A stretch of DNA of 63,539 nucleotides, counting the filler, from Octopus bimaculoides (lineage: Eukaryota), in NCBI RefSeq assembly GCF_001194135.2. It is 6 parts of 6 records of this genome, joined end to end, with 100 filler letters (N's around TTAATTAATTAA, not from the genome) between each part and the next. Parts side by side here need not be neighbours in the genome. Positions count along the whole stretch, not along the records: positions 7,702 to 15,232 come from NC_068995.1; positions 15,333 to 30,184 come from NC_068982.1; 4 more parts are not named here. One strand, given 5' to 3'. This document shows, one piece after another, positions 13,224 through 23,306 of this stretch (position 1 is its first letter; each line of letters opens with the position of its first letter). The notes beneath the pieces are model-generated. The model was not told where the DNA came from. It was given only the letters and a program-made list of their open reading frames with translations, and searched no databases. Made by a program: the position numbers and the translations under genes.

Positions 13224-13673
13224 AAGGTGACGAGCTGGCAAAATCGTTGGCACGCTGGGCGAAATGCTTAGCAGTATTTCGTTTACTGCTATATTCTGAG
13301 TTCAAGTTCCACCGAGGTTGACTTTGCCTTTCATCCTTTTGGGGTTGATAAATTAAGTACCACTTATGTACAGGGGTCGATCTAATCTACTGGCCACCTC
13401 CCCCAAAATTTCAAGCTTTGTGCCTATAGTAGAAAGGATTATTATTATTATTACTATTAAGGCAGCGAGCTGGCAGAATCATTAGCATGCCGGGTGAAAT
13501 GCTTAGCTGTATTTTGTCTGCTACTATATTCTGAGTTCAAATTCCACCAAGGTTGGTTTTGCCTTTCATCCTTTCAGAGTTGATAAAGTAAGTACCAGTT
13601 GAATACTGGGATCAATGTAATCAACACATCCCCTCCCCCAAAATGGCTGCCCTTGTGGCAAAATCTGAAACCA
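13224..13673 (+). mobile_element. Two head-to-tail SINE family A copies (13224-13440, 13458-13673)
   Basis: Same consensus, (ATT)n spacer, immediately upstream of the 13705 acceptor. Confidence 0.9.
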
Positions 13674-13704
13674 TTCTTTTTATTTTTTTTATTTTTTATT
13701 ACAG

Positions 13705-13859
13705 TCTACTGGTTTGGTTTTTGTACATGTCTACAGCCGATGGATTACTGATAGTGTAAAAGGTGCAGATACAATGTTGTATCAAAATATCATTTCTACA
13801 TCAGATATGAATCAGAAAATCCAGCCAGAGATATCTTTCTGGCAGTTTTATTTAGGCAG
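13705..13859 (+). CDS. HMGCR: HMGCR internal exon (human exon 9 equivalent)
   Basis: ttttttattacag acceptor, AG|gtttgt donor, 155 bp, phase 0 to 2. Translates STGLVFVHVYSRWITDSVKGADTMLYQNIISTSDMNQKIQPEISFWQFYLG(R) vs human SLGLVLVHAHSRWI...KRIEPSVSLWQFYLSK. Confidence 0.94.
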
Positions 13860-15191
13860 GTTTGTTCTGATATGAGTTTATATTTTTAAATGGTGTTTTA
13901 TCAGATTTTTATATTTGAACAAAATATACGTAGAATTGTATTATCTCTGCTGTTAAAAGGGTTTATCAACTTTATCATTTTCCCCATTTCATTTCTACCT
14001 TCTAACATGTTTTACAATGCAAACAATGAGATGTTGATATAAAACTACATGTAGTTCATATTAGATTGCATAAAAGGTTCTCTGATTGATAAGCCTTCAG
14101 TCACCAACATACTATAACCACTTGTGCCACTGATTGACTGCAATCTCTTAATTCTTCTACTGTTATTTCAATGGTCTATACTCTTCTGAATTTACTAAAT
14201 GTGTGACTCAAACCCATTCAATATCTCTGCTCTGTCATCTCCACTGTCCAGATTCTATATATTTCCCCATTATGAAATCAAACTTGTGGAATGCTTCCTT
14301 TTCATTTTAATGTGCAGAAATTCAAGTTGAACATCAACCACATTAACCCCAACACCTCCACTGCTCTGAGAGGACATGCCCCATCTTTCTTAGACTAACT
14401 AATAAAAATATAAATAATATGATGCAACTGAAACTGCTGACGTATGATGTTATTCTTGACAAATATTTTTAAAATTCTCACTTACCCACTACACTTAACT
14501 AAAAATGAATATCACAGCTTACTGGTGTAACTTGTGGGATCATTACAAACTTCATGAGTGTTTTATTCACAGACCAAACCTGTATTTTCTTATTAAAGGA
14601 GATGGGGATATTGTTAACTTTTAAGTCTGTAAAAGCTTGGAGAAGTTCCAGCAAACTTCATTTGCTTAACAAGGAACTACTCAGAGGCAGAAGATGAAGC
14701 CATGAACTTGTAAAAAATTTGATTGAAACTAGGATTCCTTTGTCCAGATGTACTTCTCACTCCATAATTTAAAATGAATAATCCCCATATTAGCTGCTCA
14801 TTAACTTATTAATTGAATCACAAGAAGTAAAAATATTAGTTTTTCTGAAGGCTATCACTTGAAATTTGTTGGAACTTTAGATTTTAACTCACTCATCTAG
14901 CAAATACTTTCATTTGAGTATTTGTATTTTTAATAGAAACTTTTAGGACTTCATGTTTCCATTATGAGTGGTGGGTTTACTGATTACTACTAGTTTTGAT
15001 TTTTTGACATCAGAATATTTAGTTCAGAAGTTTCAAATCTTAACTTTCATCATAATTTCTATTACTAGAAATCTATTTTACTGTCCTTATACTAAGCAGT
15101 TCTCCTAATGAAAACATCTTGTTAGTTATCTTCTCTAATGATTCTTAACCCATCACTGATGAATTGTTACAATATTTAGATGAGAATCTCA

Positions 15192-15232
<41 letters not shown>

Positions 15233-15332
15233 NNNNNNNNNNNNNNNNNNNNNNNNNNNNNNNNNNNNNNNNNNNNTTAATTAATTAANNNNNNNNNNNN
15301 NNNNNNNNNNNNNNNNNNNNNNNNNNNNNNNN

Positions 15333-15794
15333 CGAACATTGGGCCTCACCGAGGCGATGACTACTGACCGAGACCTTTGGAAATGTGCTGTGCGTGAGAA
15401 GACCCGGCAAGCCAAGTGAGATCGTTGCCAGGGCCCCTGGACTGGCTCTTGTGCGGGTGGCACATAAGATGTACCATCCTGAGCTTGACTGTTGCCAGTA
15501 CCGCCTGAATGGCCTTGTAGGGTATTCGAGCGAGATTGTTGCCAGTGCCCCTGGACTGGCTCTTGTGCGGGTGGCACATAAAAGACACCATTTCGAGCGT
15601 GGCCGTTTTCGTGCGGGTGACACGTAAAAGCACCCACTACACTCTGAGTGGTTGGCGTTAGGAAGGGCATCCAGCTGTAGAAACTCTGCCAAATTAGATT
15701 GGAGCCTGGTGTTGCCATCCGGTTTCACCAGTCCTCAGTCAAATCGTCCAACCCATGCTAGCATGGAAAGCGGACGTTAAACGATGATGATGAT
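15333..15794 (+). mobile_element. RTE-type LINE 3' end (relatively young)
   Basis: C-terminal RTLGLTEAMTTDRDLWKCAVREKTRQAK*, repetitive 3' UTR, (GAT)n tail; CpGs retained. Confidence 0.8.
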
Positions 15795-15900
15795 ATATAT
15801 ATATACATATATATATATATACATATATATATACACATATATATATATACATATATATATATACACACACATATACATATATATGTACATATATATATAT

Positions 15901-15980
<80 letters not shown>

Positions 15981-16020
15981 GCATACATGCATGTATGCAT
16001 ACATACATACATACATAAAT
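15795..16020. repeat. (TA)n/(CA)n/(TACA)n microsatellite
   Basis: Direct reading; source of several spurious ORFs. Confidence 0.95.
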
Positions 16021-16528
16021 AGACAGATAAGTAGAGAAAGAGAGAGGAGGGGAGAGAGAGGGAGAGAAAGAGAGATAGTATATAATATAAAGAATTTTGT
16101 CTAATGACATAATGTAATAGATATGTACTATAAGTGCTTGAGTTGGTTTATCATTAAAACTCCAGTTTGAACTGCAACTAAATCCATAGTGGTTTTTTAG
16201 CTGCCTATGAAAGATGGCTATAAGTGGTTCATCATTGAGTGGGTAAATATATATTAGGAAGAGAGAATGAACAAGCAAAAGATGTGGTATTACTTTAGAG
16301 CAGTGCTTCTTAAACTATGGGTCACAAAAATTAAATTCAAACACTTTAATTTCAGTTTATATGTTATTTCACAAATGCATACCTGAGGTTGCGAAAAAAC
16401 TCAAAATGAAAAATGGGGTCATATGGGATGAAAAAAAGTTTAAAAAGTGCTTCTTTAGAGCATGTGATTTATAATTCAAACATAACTGCAGAGTGGTTAT
16501 AGTAAATAAGAGATTAAGAAAAAACTGA

Positions 16529-16946
16529 ATAAAGTCTCTTACTGGTGTTTCTAGAATAGCTGAGCATGTGGAACATATGTCATTGAACAAAGATTTCCAT
16601 GCAAGACAATTATTCCATCTTTGAAGCGAAAGGATCATTGAATATCTTTAATAAGGACATTAGTGGTTACCAGTTCAGTGAAGAATTAAGAAACATCCTT
16701 AGAGAAAGATAACAGTGGTTAGCAGTTACATGTCTGAAGAATTAATAACTAGTAAATCTCTACTAAAAGATAATAGCAGTTAGCAGTTCCATTGTTGAAG
16801 AATCAAGGAATGTTCTTGATAAAAGATTGTAGTTAGTTACTAATTCCCTCTCTGAAGATGGATAATCGGCTTACATGGAAATCTTTGCTCAATGACACAT
16901 GCTCCACATCTTCAGCTAGTCTAGAAACAGCTGTAAGAGACTTTAT
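16529..16946. repeat. Foldback with ~98-bp arms around four ~56-61-bp tandem units
   Basis: 16529-16626 is the reverse complement of 16850-16946; TGAAGA recurs at 16679, 16735, 16796 and 16853. Confidence 0.85.
16848..16939 (+). ncRNA. Candidate type I hammerhead ribozyme with an extended loop II
   Basis: CUCU-CUGAAGA-UGGAU...GUCUA-GAA-ACAGCUGU-A-AGAG: 4-bp stem I, full core, 5-bp stem II, palindromic stem III, GUA cleavage triplet. Confidence 0.5.
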
Positions 16947-17619
16947 GTATTATTTCTTTACCCCAATAACTATTCTGCAATTATGTTTGAATCATAGATT
17001 ACATACTTTAAAATGATACATTTTGCTTGTTCATTCTCTCTTCCTAGTGTGCGTGCATGCGTGCGTGCGTGCGTGTGTGAAGCATCATCATCATTACCGT
17101 TTAATGTTCGCTTTCCATGCTGGTATGGGTTTCTGATCTGGCAAGGCTTCCTAATGCCAACCACTCCGAGAATAACTCTAGTAGTTCAAACAAATCGCCT
17201 CTATTATTAATTTCATATGTACTTTACATAGATTATTTCTTTAAATGCTTTTATTCTGCTTGTCAGTTGTCAGGATAAAATGCTTCAACCCTTGCCATTT
17301 TTCTGTTATAAAAAATATAAAAAACATAAAATCTAACTCAAGTGACTGACAGGCAACATCTACCTTTTGGTCTAAAAACAATTTTGGTTATTAATTAAGC
17401 CCAGAACCATTTGTTGACCAATTTTAAAATTCAATGACACATGAATATGCATATATCCACTAAAATTTCATTACTCATAACTGTGGAAAGCAGTTTTAAA
17501 TACCAATCTAGCTTTTGTTGAAGAATGTCATGTTTAAAACTATTCCTTGTTGAGACCCGTCTAGTTTATTGAGGCAACATGACTTGCAGAAAATACCAAT
17601 TATATGTTTTGGTTAAATT

Positions 17620-18350
17620 TATGGAACCAGCATGCTTTGCTGGATGTGCAATGTCAGTGTGCATGCTTGACAGAGTGTAAGCATCTTGAGAGAAAAGTTG
17701 GGCATAAAAGGCATCAGATGTGGTGTGCAAGAGAGATGACTGTGCTGATATGGTCATGTGATGTGTATGGATAGAGGACAGTTGTGTAAAGAAGTGCTGA
17801 TCTCTAACTGTGGAAGGAACCTCTGTTAGAAGTAGACCCAGGAAGACATGGGACAAGATAGTGAAGCATGATCTTCGAACTTTGGGCCTCACAGAGGCAA
17901 TGACTAGTGACCAAGACCTTTGGCGATATGCTGTGCTTGAGAAGACCCATCAAGCCAAGTGACATCATATTCGTGGCTGATGCTGGTGTCATGTAACTGG
18001 CACCCGTGCTGGTGGCACGTAAAAATTACCTTTCAAGCATTGGGCCTCACAAAGGCAAAGTGGCTGAGCTCCTTATTTATGAGTGTTGGGCCTCACGGAG
18101 GCAATGACTGAGACCTTTGGCATTATGTCGTGCTTGAGAAGAAGACCCATCAAGCCAAGTAAAGTTACAGTCATGGTGTCACACAATGGCACCCATGCTG
18201 GTGGCACTTAAAAGCACCCATTACACTCTCTGAGTGGTTGGCATTAGAAAGGACATCCAGCCATAGAAACCATGCCAAATCAGACTGGAGTCCGGTACAG
18301 CCTTCTGACTTGTCAGCATGGACAATGGACATTAAATGATGATGATGATG
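17620..18350 (+). mobile_element. RTE-type LINE 3' end (older, CpG-decayed)
   Basis: LREKLGIKGIRCGVQER.., RPRKTWDKIVKHDLRTLGLTEAMTSDQDLWRYAVLEKTHQAK*, 3' UTR and (GAT)n tail. Confidence 0.85.
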
Positions 18351-19327
18351 AGTACTGGAATAAACATGATATTTGATTTTGCAGATAAAACGGTGAAATG
18401 AGCTTTCTCATTTAGCCAATCAACTTTAACCTCTCTTTTATTATCTTTTTGTTATACCTCACTTCCCCTATCCACCACTCTCAGAATTTCTTTAACAGCC
18501 CATAAGAGTAATCAGCTACTTGCCCTATCTCTTAACCTTTCAAATTCACTTGAATGAACCAGGACACACCACAAAACTTATAAATGTCAAAATTTATGAT
18601 GATATAAAAGATTTCTATATTTGACTATATTTTTCCTATTGAGTTCTTTATCAGATAAATACTTTGTTCAACATTAGCATAAAATTGTGTGTTTTTATGT
18701 ATACATGAAATCAGCAAAGGTTTGAGCATGGCTGAGTGGTTAAGAAGCTCAAATCCCACTGTGATCGATTTTGCTTTTCATCTTTCCAGGGTTGATAAAA
18801 TAAAGTACCAATCAAATATTAGTATTGATTTGATTGTCTACCGATCTCTGCCCATAGGAATCAAGGTTGCATGATGCAGTCAAACTCAAATCCCTGCTCA
18901 ATCATTGAGTTTCAATGACAGTTAAGTAATACAAAGTTGGAAAATCCTGCCATTACATAAATATTGTCTGGAACACCATCTCTATGATTACTGATACAAC
19001 ACACAAATCCTTCCATTCACTTACACATATACATACATTCTCTGAAATTAGACCCTCTTATGAGGATCAATACAAGAGAAAAAGAAGCAGCACCAAGGTC
19101 ATAAAAATATACAAGACTCTAAATCTCTATGTACATGGCAGCAACCATATCCCTAATTCTTGCAAGCCACTCCAAACATTTTGAACTAGATTGTAAAAAT
19201 ATGTTTATTAAAAAAGATATTTTTATTTCATCGAAGAAACATTTCACAGATTATCACAGTTATGAAATATAATACAGACAAATATTAGAAACAAATAAAA
19301 CACAAACTAGAAAATCAGTTTGGAACT

Positions 19328-19481
19328 AACAAAATTGAAAACCTTAATTTCTAAGGTATTTTTCGATGTTATTATTATTATTATTGTATTATAGAGTGGA
19401 ACAGTAAAACTATACAAGAGTCCGTGCTCTTAACCACTATGCCATATGCCCGTGGGCAATTATGGAGTGAACTTTAGAGCT

Positions 19482-19514
<33 letters not shown>

Positions 19515-19690
19515 GACAATGACGGCGGCGGTGGCGATGACAAAAAATACCTTAGAAATGAGAACCTAGGTTTGAAATTTCCCCAAGACACCTGATGAAA
19601 GCTGGAAGGTATATCAGCTGAAACGTTGTGTTAACTACAAACAAGATGAGGACAAATATCCATCAAATGTAAATAATGTAAATATCTGAA
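19328..19690 (+). mobile_element. Non-autonomous Penelope-like terminal-repeat element with an internal short inverted repeat and antisense tRNA-like head
   Basis: tttctaaggtattttt (19328) is inverted at aaaaataccttagaaa (~19543-19558); reverse strand has gggcatatggcatagtggttaagagc; ends in the hammerhead-bearing segment shared with 31015-31182 and 31296-31380. Confidence 0.6.
19587..19632 (+). ncRNA. Minimal type I hammerhead ribozyme motif
   Basis: GACAC-CUGAUGA-A-AGCUG-loop-CAGCU-GAA-ACGU-U-GUGUU: 5-bp stem I, core, perfect 5-bp stem II, palindromic ACGU stem III, GUU triplet. Confidence 0.7.
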
Positions 19691-19739
19691 AAGTTTTACA
19701 GATTTTTAGTTCCAGTGATGGATTGGGTCTGTAGTCTTT

Positions 19740-19975
19740 GAATCAGCTTTCTCTTTTCTGATTTTGAGAAACCTAATTTCTCAAGATTAGTATTTAGGCA
19801 GTGTTACATATCCCAGGGCACCAATAATTATAGGTATAAACCTGAACTTGTAATCTGGATAGAACAACTGCAGAGATTTCAATAGTTCAGCGTAGATATT
19901 CTCTTTTTCACTGATCTTTGGCTTTATGTTAACATCTGCTGGGCAGCTAATTTCTACAACTGTACACAATTTCAC
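19740..19975 (-). mobile_element. R4/Dong-type LINE C-terminal (restriction-like endonuclease) fragment
   Basis: CTVVEISCPADVNIKPKISEKENIYAELLKSLQLFYPDYKFRFIPIIIGALG resembles the end of an RLE domain. Confidence 0.75.
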
Positions 19976-20109
19976 TTTATGTATGTATGTATGTATGTAT
20001 GTATGTATGTATGTATGAATGAATGTATGTGTGTGTGAACCAATTCAATGTGTGTGTGTGTGTGTGTGTATGCATGTGTGTGAACCAATTCAATGCTTGT
20101 ATGTGTGTA

Positions 20110-20400
20110 TGGTAAGGGTGGTGTGACCTAAAGGTTAAAGTGTTGCACTCATGGTCACAAGATCGTGGGTTTGATTTTTAAACAGGGCCGTAACTGTTTT
20201 TGAGGAAAGCTCTCCATCTCAGATTGCTCTGAGATCACTTTGACATCTGCTAAGTGGTACACCATGCAACTGTACAACAATTTAAACATGACGGAGTGAG
20301 CTTACCGCACACACATCTAATTACTTTAAACAAATCATTTGTATAGGTAGTTCAGCAAGAAATTGCAGAACAATCTTGGATTCAAGAAACTACCATCAAT
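20110..20400 (+). mobile_element. Degenerate tRNA-derived SINE (third family)
   Basis: ggtgtgacctaaaggttaaagtgttgcactc..gatcgtgggtttgatt tRNA-like head. Confidence 0.45.
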
Positions 20401-20419
20401 ATATATGTGTATATACATA

Positions 20420-20951
20420 AAGTTGGGATGACAAAGGAATTAACAATTATATTATGAACCTCATTAGCTTACAGTTGTTTCTGCAATACTCTCATAGTTG
20501 AATGCATTGGAGCTTCAAATATGAAGTGCAATTTATTTGGGAAAATACTTACATTTATGTATATATACACAGAAAAGCATGATAAAATGAAAAAGCATAT
20601 AGATATGTAGGAAATGAAATTCAGGAGATTGATGGGGCAGCCCCTATCAGAATTATAAGAATATAAATTTTAAAAAGTGTATAAGGATAGGTACATACCT
20701 ATACTTCTTCAATCTCCTGAATTTCATTTCTTAGATATGTGTAGGCATTTTTCATTGGTAACGCTTTGCTGTGTGTATAATTAAATGTAAATGTTTTCTA
20801 AAATAAATTGCATTTCATGTCAAATACTCTGATGAAGCTAGAGGGTGTCACTCAAACACTCAATTATGTGTGCATTGCATCTTATAGCAGAAACAGCCAT
20901 AAGCTAATGAAGTTCATAATATAATTATTAATTTCTTTGTCATCCCAATTT
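20420..20951. repeat. Foldback with ~213/243-bp arms and a 76-bp spacer
   Basis: 20420-20632 is the imperfect reverse complement of 20709-20951 (gttgggatgacaaag...gaaatgaaattcaggagattga). Confidence 0.85.
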
Positions 20952-21564
20952 CTTATTACTATTCTGTACTTGACTCATACTTCAATCTGAAACATATGTA
21001 TACTGAGTTCTAACATCAGGTTATTAGCATTGAAATGTCTCAGCTAATATATATATACTTAATATAATCTGAATAATAACATAACATGCATTTCAAAACT
21101 CCTACATGGTTATCAGCTACCATATATCATCATACAGCAGGATTACTCCTTTTTATGGATACACATGTGGGACTCTGTTAGTATATGTAAAATTTATAAA
21201 AAAAGTTTATAAGGCAAGAAGATGGAATGAACAGGCTTTAATCACAAATCACAACAATTGTTTCTGTGCAATGGTAACAACTGTTATTTCTGAGTTTTCC
21301 ATATATTATTACATAAAATGTTACATAAATAATTATAAATAAATATGATCCAACAGTAGCTGTGTGTCAACATGTCATCAGGTGAGTAGCTTTGATAACA
21401 CTGCTGGATCATGTTAAGTTTCACATTGTTTTATATCCCATTGTATTTTTAGCATTCTCTCTATATTGATTAACTTATAAATTCTACTAGACATAACTCA
21501 TAAAAAATTCCAAATAAAGTAATGGTAGTAAAAAATGAAAAATATAATTACAAAATTTATATAT

Positions 21565-21943
21565 AGACGCAGGTGTGGCTGTGTGCTAAGAAGCTTGCTT
21601 CCCAATCACATGGTTCTGGGTTCAATCCCACTGTGTGGCATCTTGGGCAAGTGTCTTCAAGTATAGCCTCAGGCCAATAAAAGCCTTGTGAGTGGATTTG
21701 GTAGATGAAAACTAAAAAGAGCCTGTTGTATATATGTATATGTGTGGTGTGTGCGCGTGTGCATTTTTATTTATATATATTTATATATATAAAAGGTAGA
21801 ACAGAAAAAAACACAACAAACATGTGGTAAAAAGGATGATAGCATAACAAGGCAAATGGGACAAAACAAAATACATGGATCATTCGCAGCCAATTGCCTC
21901 TTCAGTCAGAGTCCGGAATGTCCACGAAGTTTCGCCCACATAC

Positions 21944-21991
<48 letters not shown>

Positions 21992-22258
21992 CATATACAT
22001 ACATACATACATACATACATGAATGTGCGTGTGTGTGTCTTTGTACCTATGTCTGTCTCTCCCTTGCTTGACAACCAGTATTGGTGTGTTTATGTCCCTG
22101 TAACTTAGAGGTTCAGCTGAAGAGGTGAATGGAATAAGTATCAGGCTTAAATGGAAAGTACTGGAGTTAATTCATTTGAATAAAAATTCTTCAAGGTGGT
22201 GTCCCTGCATGGCTGCAGTCTAATGACTGAAACAAGTAAAAGAGAAAAGATAAAAGAT
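21565..22258 (+). mobile_element. tRNA-derived SINE family B with expanded internal microsatellite
   Basis: gcaggtgtggctgtgtg..ggttctgggttcaatcccactg..cttgggcaagtgtcttc head; aacaagtaaaagag tail. Confidence 0.85.
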
Positions 22259-22299
22259 GTGTGCATGTGTGTGTGTATACATGCATGCATGTGTGTATT

Positions 22300-22680
22300 A
22301 TAAAACACAGGTTAAAAATTCTTCTGGATGGGTAACTGTTCTGGAGTGTGTGGGGGAAGCATATTGTTGGCAAGCAGTTAAGACTATACATATTGTCAGC
22401 TACAGTGATCTTGGCACATCTACCACAGTCAGAAATGACATTTGAGCAGAAGGATAATTTCTCTAAGTTTCCATTTGAAGACCTACTTGACTAACGGCTT
22501 TAATGGACATACTGGGCCACACTTTGATGGTTATTCTAGTGTACAGAAAGATCATTGATATCATACAAGGAATGAAGAAGAACCAATGCTCTTGGAGTTC
22601 TGTGATGCAAATGACTTAATAATTTGCAACACTAACTTTAGAAAACCAGACGTCACCTGATCACTTGCTACTAAGCTGCT
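22300..22680 (+). mobile_element. LINE (RTE-like) AP-endonuclease remnant
   Basis: GFNGHTG..RNEEEPMLLEFCDANDLIICNTNFRK matches the RTE endonuclease DFNGHVG..RN..LEF..N.L.I.NT.F motif. Confidence 0.75.
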
Positions 22681-22911
22681 ATTACCTAGGTAATCTAATC
22701 AGCAGTGAAGGCTGATGTTCCAAAAGCAACATAGCCAGAACAATAATGGGGTGGAAAAAGTTCAGGTGTAAAGTACTTCTGTTGGTAATAAAAAGTTCCT
22801 CTCTCTGAGTACAAGGAAAACTGTATGATGCTTGTGTATGAAGTACAATACTGCTCCTCTTGCTGTTAAAGTTCATACTTTCAGAAAAGGTAGCTAGCTG
22901 AATACTATACT

Positions 22912-23306
22912 CTTTTACTCTCTATTACTCTTTTACTTGTTTCAGTCATTTGACTGCGGCCATGCTGGAGCACTGCCTTTAGTTGAGCAAATCGACCCCA
23001 GAACTTATTCTTGGGAAGCCAAGTACTTATTCTGTCAGTCTCTTTTGCCGAACCGCTAGGTTACGGGGACGTAAACACACCAGCATCAGTTGTCAAGCGA
23101 TGTTGGGGGACAAACACAGACACACATATATATATATACATATATACGACGGGCTTCTTTCAGTTTCCGTCTACCAATCCACTCACAAGGCTTTGGTTGG
23201 CTCGAGGCTATAGTAGAAGACACTTGCCCAAGGTGTCACGCAGTGGGACTGAACCCAGAACCATGTGGTTCGTAAGCAAGCTACTTACCACACAGCCACT
23301 CCTACA
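22912..23306 (-). mobile_element. SINE family B, near complete, young
   Basis: Reverse complement of the consensus; most CpGs intact despite CpG-poor flanks. Confidence 0.9.

Noticed and set aside
13224-13320. tRNA genes suggested by A/B boxes
   Set aside because: All are heads of SINEs continuing into family bodies; no cloverleaf evident.
21341-21415. 75-nt hairpin of pre-miRNA size
   Set aside because: 16-bp outer stem followed by a 6-nt asymmetric bulge and weak inner pairing; not a miRNA-type fold.
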